Source of the DNA: Nitrospirota bacterium
Lineage (GTDB): Bacteria; Nitrospirota; Thermodesulfovibrionia; Thermodesulfovibrionales; UBA9159
Length of the DNA: 64,000 bases
Direction: 5' to 3'
Assembly (NCBI GenBank): GCA_963699545.1
Contig: CAVOUE010000002.1
Span: 1 to 64,000, forward strand
The notes beneath the pieces were generated by a model, which was not told the DNA's origin, ran no database searches, and worked only from the letters and a program-made list of their open reading frames with translations. This document shows, piece after piece, positions 28,960-40,663 of this stretch (position 1 is its first letter; each line of letters opens with the position of its first letter). The position numbers and the translations under genes were made by a program.

Positions 28960-30060
28960 ATGGACGCAACAAAAAAAATACTCATCCTGCCGCTTTACGG
29001 CATCGGCGACGTCCTGATGTCCACTCCGGCCATCAGAAACCTGAAGGAGCAGCTGGATTGCGAGATCACCTATCTCCATATGTTCAAGACGACCCACGAC
29101 ATCCTGCTCAATAATCCTCATATCAAGGAGAACATATTCTTTCCCTTCCTGACATCCTCCAAACTTGAGGGTATCCGCTTCCTGCTGCAGTTCAGAAAAA
29201 AGTTCGACTGCTCGATAAATTTCTACCCCTCCAACAGGAGGGATTACAATCTGGCGGCGTATCTCGTCGGCAGTCCCGTCAGGATAGGACATCGCTATGT
29301 GATCAGGGACTTGGCTGAACTTAATTTCCTCAAGAACAGGACGGTGCGAGAAGACGATTCGCTGCATAATGTTGAAGAAGACCTGAGGCTTCTCGAGTTC
29401 CTTGGGGTGAGAACGACCAGGGCATATCCCCTGGATTTCTTTGCCACAGAAGATGAACTCCATTTTACGGATGGATGGATACGGGAACGGCGGCTGGAAG
29501 GACGCATGCTTGTCGGGATGCACCCCGGAGCAAGCGCTTTCAAGAACCATGCAAGGAAGAAGTGGCCGGAGGCATCGTTTGCCGCGCTCATCGACATACT
29601 TTCATCAGAATTGAAAGACAGCATTTTCCTTCTTTTCGGCGGTCCGGAGGAACATGACTTAAGAAAAACAGTTAGAGCATCAGTCCTCAACAAAAAAAAC
29701 GTCTTGTCTGTGGATTCCTTATCAGTAAGACAGGCATCATCCCTGATGATGCGCTGCCGCCTTTTTATAAGCAATGATTCGGGGCCTATGCATATGGCAG
29801 CAGCGGCAAGGGTTCCGGTTGTGGCCATTTTCGGCCCGACGAATCCGGTCTGGGTCAGGCCCTGGGGGGTTCCGCACAGGGTGGTGAGGGCGTGTGAGTC
29901 CTGTAACCCCTGCTTCAGATATTCTCCTCTATCCATGCGCTGCGTCGAAAGCCGCGACTTCGCCTGTCTCCGGGAAATAACCGTCGAGCAGGTGTATAAT
30001 GCGTGCGTGGATCTGCTCAGTCACGTGGCCGTGCTAGACCCGGGGGGCGGTGGTCCGTAA
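28960..30060 (+). CDS. Family 9 glycosyltransferase (heptosyltransferase-like)
   Basis: GIGDVLMSTP, HPGAS, KKWP, SNDSGPMHMAAA and FGPT. Confidence 0.9.
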   Translation: MDATKKILILPLYGIGDVLMSTPAIRNLKEQLDCEITYLHMFKTTHDILLNNPHIKENIFFPFLTSSKLEGIRFLLQFRKKFDCSINFYPSNRRDYNLAAYLVGSPVRIGHRYVIRDLAELNFLKNRTVREDDSLHNVEEDLRLLEFLGVRTTRAYPLDFFATEDELHFTDGWIRERRLEGRMLVGMHPGASAFKNHARKKWPEASFAALIDILSSELKDSIFLLFGGPEEHDLRKTVRASVLNKKNVLSVDSLSVRQASSLMMRCRLFISNDSGPMHMAAAARVPVVAIFGPTNPVWVRPWGVPHRVVRACESCNPCFRYSPLSMRCVESRDFACLREITVEQVYNACVDLLSHVAVLDPGGGGP

Positions 30061-30114
30061 TCCCAAAAGAAGTGCAGTTCGCCACAAGGATCACAGACAG
30101 GAACAAATCCAGAC

Positions 30115-31875
30115 ATGACCCCATTGAAAAGAAAATTCATTATTGCCGCTTTAGTTGCGCTTACCACGTTCATGGTTTATCTTCCTGCACTCCAGAATGC
30201 TTTTGTAAACTGGGACGATGACGTATATGTTTACGGGAATTTCTTCATTCGTTCTATAGATATAAAATTATTTGGATCAGCATTTTTAGGGTTTCACGCA
30301 GGTTATTGGCTGCCCCTTATATGGATATCTCATGCACTGGATTATGCCATTTGGGGATTGAACCCTCTCGGGCATCATCTTACCAACAATATTCTCCACG
30401 CCATAAATACCTTTTTGGTGGTATTGCTGGTGGTAAGGTTAATTGGGTCCGGTTTTGGCGATTCATGTTCCTCCGGAAAATCCGGGACACTTCCGAACGA
30501 CCATAGGAAGCGTCCCTATTTTCCGTCCGGTTCCCCGGTTCCCAGTCCCCATTCACGATCCACATTGATCGCCGCTGGCGCAACCGGTCTTCTCTTTGGT
30601 CTCCATCCCATTCATGTGGAATCAGTAGCATGGGTAGCGGAAAGAAAAGACCTGCTTTGCGCTTTGTTTTATTTGCTCAGTGTCATGGCGTATGTGAGAT
30701 ATGCGGTAACAACCCTTTTTAGCCAGGAAACAAAGTTTGACCACAGAGGCACTGAGACACAGAGAGATTCAAATATACAAATCCGAAATCGTCTTTTCTC
30801 CGTGACTCCGTGTCTCTGTGGTTCATTTTCTCTCCATAGATATTATCTCCTCTCCCTCCTCTTCTTCACCCTCGCCCTCATGAGCAAACCGATGGCGGTC
30901 AGTCTTCCCGTGGTTCTGTTGATCCTGGACTGGTATCCCCTTAAGAGGATACAGTCTCTCAGGACACTGAGGGCTGCATTGTTCGAAAAACTCCCGTTTA
31001 TTGCGTTCAGTATCATTTCATCCATTCTGACTGTTCTGGCACAAAAAGCGGCAGGTTCTATCGCCTCGATAGAATCCGTACCTTTATCGGCAAGAGCGCT
31101 CCTGGCTGTGAAATCTCCCATCGCTTATCTCTGGAAAATGATATTGCCTCTGAATTTGATCCCATTTTATCCCTATCCTGAGGATCTGTCACCTTTATCT
31201 TTGGACTCTATTTTACCGATCGTACTCGCGGCGGGAATTACGGTTACCGGCTTCGCACTTGTGAGGAAACAGAAATTATGGTTGGCGGTCTGGGGTTACT
31301 TCATTGTGACCCTGCTTCCGGTTCTCGGCCTTGTTCAGGCCGGAAGCCAGGCAATGGCGGACAGGTTCACGTATTTGCCCAGTATCGGACCATTCCTTAT
31401 TTTCGGTCTGCTCGCGGCGGGCGTGTATAAAAGAGTGGCCTCCCTGAGAAGATGGAAGACGTTTCTGCAAACAGCCGGTCTTATCCTGGCCGGGGTCATG
31501 CTTGTGTCTCTGTCTTATGCCACGATAAAGCAGATCGGCGTTTGGAGGAATAGTCTCGTCCTCTGGAATTATGTCATCGGCAAAGAACCCTTAAGATCTC
31601 CATCAGCGCATTATAATCTCGGTAACGCCTACTTCTCCAAAGGCCTGTCAGATATGGCATCACGACAATACCAAATTACCTTGGGTCTGAAGCCGGATTA
31701 TTCAGCCGCTCATTTCAATCTTGGAGTCATCTATCTGAACAACGGTTCCATAGACATGGCGCGAAGAGAATTTGAGTTGGTGTTGGGCATGAGACCGGAT
31801 GATGACAAAGCACGAGAGCTTCTTAATTCCATTATCGCACGCTCCAATTCCGGGGACACCATCCCTGATTATTGA
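30115..31875 (+). CDS. TMTC-like GT-C/TPR protein (paralog 2)
   Basis: FVNWDD, HPIHVESVAWVAERKD, SKPMAV and ADRFTYLP, with a short TPR tail. Confidence 0.87.
   Translation: MTPLKRKFIIAALVALTTFMVYLPALQNAFVNWDDDVYVYGNFFIRSIDIKLFGSAFLGFHAGYWLPLIWISHALDYAIWGLNPLGHHLTNNILHAINTFLVVLLVVRLIGSGFGDSCSSGKSGTLPNDHRKRPYFPSGSPVPSPHSRSTLIAAGATGLLFGLHPIHVESVAWVAERKDLLCALFYLLSVMAYVRYAVTTLFSQETKFDHRGTETQRDSNIQIRNRLFSVTPCLCGSFSLHRYYLLSLLFFTLALMSKPMAVSLPVVLLILDWYPLKRIQSLRTLRAALFEKLPFIAFSIISSILTVLAQKAAGSIASIESVPLSARALLAVKSPIAYLWKMILPLNLIPFYPYPEDLSPLSLDSILPIVLAAGITVTGFALVRKQKLWLAVWGYFIVTLLPVLGLVQAGSQAMADRFTYLPSIGPFLIFGLLAAGVYKRVASLRRWKTFLQTAGLILAGVMLVSLSYATIKQIGVWRNSLVLWNYVIGKEPLRSPSAHYNLGNAYFSKGLSDMASRQYQITLGLKPDYSAAHFNLGVIYLNNGSIDMARREFELVLGMRPDDDKARELLNSIIARSNSGDTIPDY
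30741..30821. mobile_element. 81-bp in-frame MITE/REPIN-like element with GxxExxY-type arms (copy 1)
   Basis: CCACAGAGGCACTGAGACACAGAG-33 bp-CTCCGTGACTCCGTGTCTCTGTGG. Confidence 0.65.
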
Positions 31876-32081
31876 CTTGGGTCAGGCTGACCTGCTAACC
31901 TCCTTGCATGGCTTGCATTGCCAGAGTTATAGCTGCCGGGTTCCCGCATCATGTCACCCTGCACGGCAATTCCCGCGAATGCTGACTACTTGCTTTATGA
32001 CAAAGGATTTCCTTATCCCTTTTCAAAGGACGTGCCCTTAGGGGCCGATTGGTACTTGCGGCGCGGATTAAGTAGAGCGAT

Positions 32082-34097
32082 ATGAAAAGACTGATATCAC
32101 CCATACTGGACTCACTGAGGGCGCCTGCTTTGAAGGCTTCCCTTCTGCCGTTTATTACCGTAGTCGTGCTCGTCTCAGCCGGCGTTTATGCGAACACCCT
32201 CTCTAACGATTTCGTATACGACGACAGATCGCAGGTGCTGGAGAACCGTCTCATCCTGGATTTCAGGTACCTCCCCGATATATTTACCAGGAGCGCATGG
32301 AGCTTTCAGTCGGCTCCGGTCATCTCAAATTATTACAGGCCCATGATGAATGTCATCTACATGCTCAACTATTACATTTTCGGCCTCACCCCATGGGGTT
32401 TTCACCTGGTGAACATACTCTTTCATGCGGGGAACTCTGTTCTGGTCTTTCTCCTGACGGCAAGGCTGCTGCGGGATGCCCCGGATCGGGTATCCGAAAC
32501 AGGTGGCCGTCCGGTCTCTGCGAACATTCCCCCGTTTATCGCCGCGCTGTTATTTGCAACTCATCCCGTCCATACGGAGGCAGTGGCCTGGGTTGCCGCG
32601 GTGCCGGAGCTGTCTTTTACACTTCTTTATCTTCTGTCCTTTTATCTGTTCATCGGATCCGCCGCGGCATTCAGTGGCAAGTATGTGCTGTCCGTAGTGC
32701 TGTTTTTTGTCGCCGCATTCTGCAAGGAGAACAGCCCTGACCCTTCCGATCATCCTTTTCTGCTATGACTATCTCTTTCGCTCCTCCTCTCCATCCACCC
32801 CCGGCAAGGGGGGAATAAGATGGGGGTATTACTTGAAGCGCTCTCTCCCCTATGTGGTTGCAATGGTCGTATACATCATCATAAGGTTCTATGCGCTCGC
32901 GGGACTTGCACCCCATCAGGGGCGTTTTGGCTTCTCCCAATCCCTTATCAACGTATTTCCGCTTTTCGCGCAGTACCTGGAAAAACTCCTGCTTCCTTTC
33001 AACCTCAATGCGTTTCACGTCCTGCATCCGATCTCGTCCATCCTTGAGCCGGGGGGAATGATCGCGCTTGTTGTAACCGTTGCCTTTCTTGTTTTCGCGT
33101 TCCTCTCTTTTAGAAAGGACCGAAGAGCCTTTTTGTGCCTGCTTCTCATTGTCGTCCCTTTACTGCCTGTCTTCTATATCCCGGTGCTTGGACAGAATGC
33201 CTTTGCTGAGAGGTATCTGTATCTCCCCTCGTTCGGTTTCGTTCTCCTGCAGGCTTTATTGCTGAAGCGGGCCTGGACGGCTGCGCCAAGAATGGCCAGG
33301 GGGTTGACCATTGCAATGATAGCCGTAATGGGCGTTTATTCCCTGACTGCAATAAGCAGGAATGCCGTATGGGAAAATGACTACGTCCTTTTTGAGGATA
33401 CGGTGAGAAAATCCCCGGACGCTGCGATACCCCGCGAGCGTTTCGGGACCGCGTTGCTGAGCAGGGATCGGGCTGACGAGGCCATAGAACAATATCAAAT
33501 CGCTCTGCGCTTGAGCATGGATTATCCGGTGGCCCATGCGAATCTCGGGATCGCGTTGAAGGGCAAGGGATTGCTCGATGAGGCCATCAGGCACTTTCAG
33601 TACGCCGTAGCATTGCGCCCGGGCTTCCCGAGGATCACTTCAATCTCGCACAGGCCTTTCGGGACAGGGGCTTGCTCGAAAGGGCCGTTGCCGAATATCA
33701 GACTGCGTTATTGCTGAATCCGGATTTCGTTCTTGCGCGTTTCGATCTCGGGATCGCTTACGAGATGCTCGGGTTGAAGGACAAGGCCGCCGAGCAATTC
33801 AGGGTACTTGCCGAGAGACGTCCGGGTGATGCGATGAAGGAATTCAACAGAGGGGTGGATCTCTTTAATGAAGGATTGATCGAGGAAGCAATTGAGCACT
33901 ACCTGAATGCCTTGAGACTTGATCCGAATTTAGCCGATGCCCATAACAATCTTGGTGCAGCGTATGGGTCGGCCGGGTCGCTGGATAAAGCCATTGAACA
34001 TTTTCAGTCCGCTGTAAAATTGGATCCGGCCAATCCGACGTACCGCCAGAATCTATCGAGGGCCCGGGCACTGAAAGGGCGGAAGCCTGCCAACTGA
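32082..34097 (+). CDS. TMTC-like GT-C/TPR protein (paralog 3), frameshifts near 32733 and 33630
   Basis: FVYDD, YYRP, HPVHTEAVAWV, AERYLYLPS and TPRs spread over three ORFs. Confidence 0.82.
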
Positions 34098-34120
34098 ACA
34101 GAATTTCGGGAAGAGGGGAA

Positions 34121-36566
34121 TTACGTCACATTGCGCTTCTTCCGGATGTCCCTAAAAAGTGACAGGAATATCGCCATCAGGAGAACGCCGCTTACGACCA
34201 TTGCCGCATATATGCGACGAGGCACATATGTGAAGACAAGGGCATGTTCTCCTTCCGGCACTACAACCCCCCTCTGGACAGCATTCGTCTTGTATATCTT
34301 CGCCGGCTTCCCGTCAATATACGCCTCCCAACCCGGATAGAACTGGTCGGCGAGAACGACGAACCCTGTTCCCCTGAACCTCGCTGATACGGTCACTCTG
34401 TCGGGCCTGTCTTCCGATATGCTCACCTCACCGGGAGAAAAGCTGTCCGCCCCGATCTCCCGGAGGTCCTTCGTCGAAACAGCCGCTTCGTACCACGGAT
34501 TCACCCGATACGAAAAAATCCTTTTTAATAATTCATCCGCCGAATCAACCGGCTTAAGTCCTTTTACGGAGTGAGCCCTTGGCAGGGCGATCATATTCTC
34601 ATAGATCGAGAACGAAGGGCCGGTGGCGAGTGCCCGGTAGATCGGAAGATAATCCGCTCCATCAGGCCTTTTCGCGACCGGCGGGAAAGGGACGGACCTG
34701 CCTTCTCCATCCCTGCCGAAATACCACCTGACATCTCCGGGATTTCCGACGATGTTGTCGACCACGAGATATTTCACATTCAGGATGCTGAGCAGTGAGT
34801 TGTTCATGATAACGGTACGCCAGATCCCCGGTGGTTGTGTCCACATTGAAGGCAGGATCTTTTGATACTCTTCCAGCTGCAAGGGGTGATAACCTTCGAC
34901 GAGACGGATGCCGCGCGTCATGGCATTCAGCGGCACCATGTTGCTCGACATGAAGATCGCCCTGCCGCTGTTGCCGGATAAAAGAATAACGTCATACATT
35001 TGTTTGTTGTAATTCCTTACGGCATCGGCATCCGGCAGGGGCTCTTTCTTGTAGAGCATCGCCTCCGCGAAGATGAGGAAAAAGATAGCAACCAGCGCGG
35101 CATCCCTGAGAAAGCTTTTCCCGGCTTTCAGGCGGACAAGGACACTCGCAAGATAGGCGGAAATGGTGAGGATCGGAATATATATTCCAGGGTCGCTCAT
35201 GCTCAACGCGTCTTTGGGAACGTCGCCGCGCTCCCATCGCAGTTGAAAGTGTTGCATTTGAGAAAAACTGTCCCTGAAAAAATCGCGTAATGCATCATGG
35301 AACAGGGTAAACCCGATGAGAGAAGCGAGAATTACCGCGGAAAGGGCTATGACAAGCTCTGTTCGAAAACGCCTTTCTTTTTCCCTATCCATCAGGAAGG
35401 ACATGCCGAAACCCACGAGGATACTCATGGAAAAAGACACTTCAAGTATGTGCTTCGACGGCCCTCTGAATACATTGTAGACCGGCAGATGAAAAAGCAG
35501 CTTGTTGAGAGGCCGTATGCTGTCGCCGAGGGCGAGCAGAAAGGCCAGAACTGCCATCATCCCCCAGAAGAAGATGAGGGGGTTCCTCTTCCATCTGAAG
35601 AAAATGAGTATGCAGAGCACAAATGGCAGAGTACCCACAAAAGCCTCCTGCCCCAATTCCGGTGTTGGCCCCCAAAAATCAGAGCTATAGCTGCCCCCAT
35701 AGTAATACAGAAAGGGGAAAAGAAAAGTGGGTATCATGTACACAGGAAAAGCAAAGGATGAGAAGAACTCATAGGACGCAAGCTTTGTTGTCACTGCCAT
35801 TGTTGAAAGTTCGTACGTGGCCAGAATTTGGGGAAGCACCATCAGACATCCAAGTGCAAAGGAAAGGACGCTTAACAAGGCGAACCTCGATCTCTTTGCG
35901 GGATCCAGGGAATACAGGCAGAATATAATATAGAGCGTAACCATGATATATGTGTAGAAACATACCTGGAGAGTCCCCGCAAGACCCTGCATGGCAACGG
36001 TAAGCCCTAAATAGAGAGCATCTTTGACCCTGAGGTCCTGTCTCAACCGTTCAAGAAAAAAAGGATGAGCGGTATCCATGCGCCTGGAATTACCACCATC
36101 GGATGCTGTAAATGTGCGGGAAGATAACCCAGGAGAGAGAAGACAGTGCCCGATACGAGGGAAGGGAACACCCCCAGGCCGATCTGCCTGGCGTAAAGGA
36201 ACGTAAAAAAACCGGCGAGCGCGTAATGAAGCATGAAGTTGAGATTAAAAGCGAGAATGGGATCGGGAAGTGCGGAGATTACGACATGAACAGGATAAAG
36301 AGCGCCTGCAGTCATATTGGCGAAAAAGGGGAAACCCGAAAACTGATATGGGTCCCAGAAAGGGAAAGTAAGTATCCCTGTATTGACGTGACATCATGAC
36401 CATCATAGGGTAGGATTGGTCGAAGCCGTCTCCCGATCGCAAGAACAGCGCCCTTCAGGAATACATCATAGAAATAGATACAGGTGAGGGCCGCAAATAC
36501 AGGCAGATATTTGATCTCTTTTCTTAACTTAACCATTTTTTCCTGAACAGCAAGCACATTCTCCAA
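34121..36566 (-). CDS. YfhO-like GT-C membrane glycosyltransferase, frameshifts in the 5' part
   Basis: Fragments GDGFDQSYP, AGALYP and a polytopic core; C-terminal LADQFYPGWEAYIDGK and GVVVPEGEH. Confidence 0.78.
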
Positions 36567-36695
36567 TAACAGAAGTATAGTATGACAAAGTTTTCACCAT
36601 TTGCAAGGAAGTTCCTGATGTCGCATGCACTGCTCAGGAAGTGGTGTGGGGTCAAAGCGTCAGTGCAAGTCCTGTCCGCCGCACATTATGTTCTT

Positions 36696-38723
36696 TCATT
36701 TGTGTGTTGATCGTGGGGCCTCCAGCGCGTAACATCCGTCTTTATAACCAAGATCGCATGCCTTCTGAAAATCCAGCATGGCAAGCTCCCTGTTCCCCTG
36801 ATTGAGGCTGAGCTTTCCCCGGCTAAAATAAGCCGGACCGTGATTTTGATCGAGCCGGACGGCCTTATCGAAGTCTTCAAAGGCCCTGTCATTCCTGCCG
36901 ACGAGGGCATAGGAAATGCCTCGGCTGACGTAAGCGTCAACGTCATTCGGATCTATCTCAAGAGACTTCGTGAAAGATTCTATCGCCTTACCGAACAATC
37001 CGGTCTTGTTATAGGTGAGACCTCTATTATAATATGCCTCGCGAAAAGACGGATTCGAGGCAATTGCCTTATCAAAGTCCGCGATCGCCTCATCAAACCG
37101 GCCCATTTTGTCAAACACAAAACCCCTGTTATAATATGCCTTGTGAAAGAACGGATTCATGGCGACTGCCCTGTCAAAGTCCGCGATCGCCTCATCAAGC
37201 CGGCCCATATCAATAAGAACTTTCCCCCGGTTATTATAGGCCATACTGACCCCCTGGGGTTGCCTTTCAATAACATAACTCCATAGAGCGATACTGTTCT
37301 TCCATATGCCTATCTGGTGAACGGTCGACCAGGCCAGCGAAACAGACGCAAGAACAGCGATAGATGCGATCGCGAGATCAAGGATCTTCGCGTGCTTCTC
37401 TGCCGTATGTGCCTTCGTCGCAACCCATGCTCCCGCCAAACCTATGAGGAGGAATGGACCGAGGCCGGGCAAATACGTGTATCGGTCTGCCATAGCCTGC
37501 CCCCCCACCTGAACAATGCCGAGCACCGGGATAAGCGTTATGACGTAATACCCCCAGACTGCAAGCCATACCTTCCGCTTTCTCGCGGCGGCAATGCAGA
37601 GTACCATAATTCCCGATACAAGAAGCACAGCAAGGAGATACCGGGGAGATCCAAACGACACGTCATTCGGATAGGGATAGTAAGGGACCAAATGCAGCGG
37701 AAAGGCCATATTCCGGAGATAAGCCAAAAGAGATCCGGCTGCCACGGTCACCCGTGTTGACAGCGGAACAGACTCCATCAGTTGCATCGCCGCTACCGCC
37801 TTTTGCGCCATGATAGTTACCATGGATGAAATAACGCTTAAGACGACGAACGGGAGTTTCCCGGTAAGCGCGCTCCTGAACGTCCTGAAGGATGTGATCC
37901 TCTCAAAAGGGTACCAGTCCAGGATCAGCAGAACAAGGGGAAGGCTGACCGCCATGGGCTTGCTCAAGAGGGCGAGGATGAAGAAGAGGAGGGAGAGGAG
38001 ATAATATCTATGGAGAGAAAATGAACCACAGAGACACGGAGTCACGGAGAAAAGACGATTTCGGATTTGTATATTTGAATCTCTCTGTGTCTCAGTGCCT
38101 CTGTGGTCAAACTTTGTTTCCTGGCTAAAAAGGGTTGTTACTGCATATCTCATGTACGCCATGACACTCAGCAAATAGAACAAAGCGCAAAGCAGGTCTT
38201 TTCTTTCCGCCACCCATGCTACCGATTCCACATGAATGGGATGAAGACCAAAGAGAAGACCGGTTATTCCGGCGGCGATCAATGTGAACCGTGACGGGGA
38301 ACTGGTGACCGGCGGAAAATAGGGACGCTTCCTATGGTCGTTCGGAAGTGTCCCGGATTTTCCGGAGGAACATGAATCGCCAAAACCGGTCTCAATGAAC
38401 CTTACCACCAGCAATACCACCAAAAAGGTATTTACGGCATGGAGAATATTGTTGGTCAGATGATGCCCGAGAGGGTTCAGTCCCCAGACGGCATAATCCA
38501 GGGCATGGGATATCCATGTGAGAGGATGCCAGTTGGCGGCATAGAAATCAAAAAATGCCCACTTGAAAAAAGCCGGATCAAAAGAACGGATATGAGGGTT
38601 GTTAAGAACATACCGTGGATCATCCCACTCGACGAATTCATTGCGAAGAGATGAAAGATATACAACAAACGCGATAACTGCAACAGAAAAGGCAAGACAG
38701 TAGTTGAGATTCTGTCTTTTCAT
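36696..38723 (-). CDS. TMTC-like GT-C/TPR protein (paralog 4)
   Basis: FVEWDD, NWHPLTW, HVESVAWVAERKD, ADRYTYLP and YNRG TPRs. Confidence 0.87.
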   Translation of the reverse strand: MKRQNLNYCLAFSVAVIAFVVYLSSLRNEFVEWDDPRYVLNNPHIRSFDPAFFKWAFFDFYAANWHPLTWISHALDYAVWGLNPLGHHLTNNILHAVNTFLVVLLVVRFIETGFGDSCSSGKSGTLPNDHRKRPYFPPVTSSPSRFTLIAAGITGLLFGLHPIHVESVAWVAERKDLLCALFYLLSVMAYMRYAVTTLFSQETKFDHRGTETQRDSNIQIRNRLFSVTPCLCGSFSLHRYYLLSLLFFILALLSKPMAVSLPLVLLILDWYPFERITSFRTFRSALTGKLPFVVLSVISSMVTIMAQKAVAAMQLMESVPLSTRVTVAAGSLLAYLRNMAFPLHLVPYYPYPNDVSFGSPRYLLAVLLVSGIMVLCIAAARKRKVWLAVWGYYVITLIPVLGIVQVGGQAMADRYTYLPGLGPFLLIGLAGAWVATKAHTAEKHAKILDLAIASIAVLASVSLAWSTVHQIGIWKNSIALWSYVIERQPQGVSMAYNNRGKVLIDMGRLDEAIADFDRAVAMNPFFHKAYYNRGFVFDKMGRFDEAIADFDKAIASNPSFREAYYNRGLTYNKTGLFGKAIESFTKSLEIDPNDVDAYVSRGISYALVGRNDRAFEDFDKAVRLDQNHGPAYFSRGKLSLNQGNRELAMLDFQKACDLGYKDGCYALEAPRSTHK
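38026..38106. mobile_element. 81-bp in-frame element (copy 2)
   Basis: Reverse complement of 30741-30821. Confidence 0.65.
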
Positions 38724-40663
38724 TTGCGCGTTGTTCGTAAAGCCTGCAGCGCGTTACAGCCTTCTTTATTCCCTAACCCGCATGCCTTCTGAAAATCCAG
38801 CATGGCAAGCTCCCCGTTCCCGGTATGGAGCCAAAGCCTTCCACGATTTAAATAAGCCGGGACATGATTTTGATCGAGCTGGATAACTTTATTAAAGTTT
38901 TCAAAGGCCCTGTCCTTCTGACCCAGAAGCGCATAGGAAATGCCGCGGCCGACGTACGCGTCAAAGTTATTCGGATCTATCTCAAGAGACTTGCTGAAGG
39001 ATTCTATCGCTTCGGCGAACAACCCGATCCTGTTATACGTAATACCCCTGTTATAATAGGCATCTTTAAAAGACGGGTTCAGAGTAATTGCCTTATCAAA
39101 ATCTGCGATCGCCCTGTCAGGCCTGCCGATCTTGTCAAATGCAATGCCCCTGTTACCATAGGCTATAGGGACCCCTGTGGGCTGCCTTTCAATAACATAG
39201 CTCCAGAAGTCAATGCTGTTTTTCCATATACCTATCTGGTTAACGGTTAAAGAGGCTAACGAAACAGACACAACAACAGCGAGGGCAGCAAAGGCAAGCT
39301 TAAGTATTTTGCCCCACTTCTCCGGTGCGCGCCCCTCAGCCGAAATCCACGCTCCCGCCAAACCTATGAGGAGAAATGGACCGAGACTGGGCAAATACGT
39401 GTATCGGTCTGCCATAGCCTGCCCCCCTACCTGAACAATGCCGAGCACGGGGACCAGTGTAATAACATAATAACCCCAGACCGACAACCATAATTTTTGT
39501 TGTTTTGCCGCGATGATACAGGCTGCCGTAATGCCGACCACAAGGACCGCTGCCGACAAATACCCAAAGGAGAAAAATGACGGGTCCCTGGGATAAGGAT
39601 AACAGGGGATCAGATTCAGGGGCAGTATCATGTTCCAGAGATAAGCAATAAGGGATTTGGCTGCCACGATCACCCGTCTTGATAACGGAACAAACTCCAT
39701 CAGTCTCATGGCCCCTTCCCCCTTTTGAGCCATGACAGTCAGCATGGACGAGACAACACCTAAGGCAATGAACGGCAGTTTCTCGAAGAACGCCGCCCGA
39801 AATGTCTTCAGATCATTCATCCTCTGACAGGGATACCAGTCCAGAATCAGCAGAACGACGGGAAGACTGACCGCCATCGGTTTGCTCATGAGTGCGAGAG
39901 TGAAGAAGAGGAGGGAGAGGAGATAATATCTATGGAGAGAAAATGAACCACAGAGACACGGAGTCACGGAGAAAAGACGATTTCGGATTTGTATATTTGA
40001 ATCTCTCTGTGTCTCAGTGCCTCTGTGGTCAAACTTTGTTTCCTGGCTAAAAAGGGTTGTTACCGCATATCTCACATACGCCATGACACTCAGCAAAAAG
40101 AACAGGGCGCAGAGGAGGTCCTTCCTCTCCGAGACCCATGCAACCGATTCCACGTGAATAGGATGAAGGCCGAAGAGAAGGCCGGTCACGCAGGCGGCGA
40201 TCAACGTGAAACGTGAATCGTGAACTGTGAAAGCTGAAAAGTTGAGTTGTTGAGCAGTTGACTTGTTGCCCGACCGCTCAACTACTTGACCACTCAACGG
40301 GCGCCTTGCGGCCTCTACCAGCCTCACAACAAGCAATACAACCAAAAAAGTGTTGACCGCATGGAGGATGTTGTTCGTCAGGTGATGGCCCAAAGGATTC
40401 AGGCCCCATACCGCGTAATCCAGTGCATGGGAAATCCACGTGAGCGGACGCCAGTAGTCAACTGCGGAGAAATTAAGAAATGCCCATTTGAAGAAAGCCG
40501 CGTCAAGCGAGCGTATGAAGGGGTTTTGATAAACATTCAGATCATCATCCCAATTGACAAATTCATTTTGAAGAGATGAAACATAAACCAGAAATGTAAC
40601 AACTGCAACAGAAGCGGCAAGATAGTATGTTAAATCATGTTTTTTCATTTGTGTGCTGCTCAT
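38720..40663 (-). CDS. TMTC-like GT-C/TPR protein (paralog 5)
   Basis: FVNWDD, HVESVAWVSERKD, ADRYTYLP and TPRs; 4-bp overlaps with both neighbours. Confidence 0.87.
   Translation of the reverse strand: MSSTQMKKHDLTYYLAASVAVVTFLVYVSSLQNEFVNWDDDLNVYQNPFIRSLDAAFFKWAFLNFSAVDYWRPLTWISHALDYAVWGLNPLGHHLTNNILHAVNTFLVVLLVVRLVEAARRPLSGQVVERSGNKSTAQQLNFSAFTVHDSRFTLIAACVTGLLFGLHPIHVESVAWVSERKDLLCALFFLLSVMAYVRYAVTTLFSQETKFDHRGTETQRDSNIQIRNRLFSVTPCLCGSFSLHRYYLLSLLFFTLALMSKPMAVSLPVVLLILDWYPCQRMNDLKTFRAAFFEKLPFIALGVVSSMLTVMAQKGEGAMRLMEFVPLSRRVIVAAKSLIAYLWNMILPLNLIPCYPYPRDPSFFSFGYLSAAVLVVGITAACIIAAKQQKLWLSVWGYYVITLVPVLGIVQVGGQAMADRYTYLPSLGPFLLIGLAGAWISAEGRAPEKWGKILKLAFAALAVVVSVSLASLTVNQIGIWKNSIDFWSYVIERQPTGVPIAYGNRGIAFDKIGRPDRAIADFDKAITLNPSFKDAYYNRGITYNRIGLFAEAIESFSKSLEIDPNNFDAYVGRGISYALLGQKDRAFENFNKVIQLDQNHVPAYLNRGRLWLHTGNGELAMLDFQKACGLGNKEGCNALQALRTTRK
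39948..40028. mobile_element. 81-bp in-frame element (copy 3)
   Basis: Identical to 38026-38106. Confidence 0.65.
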
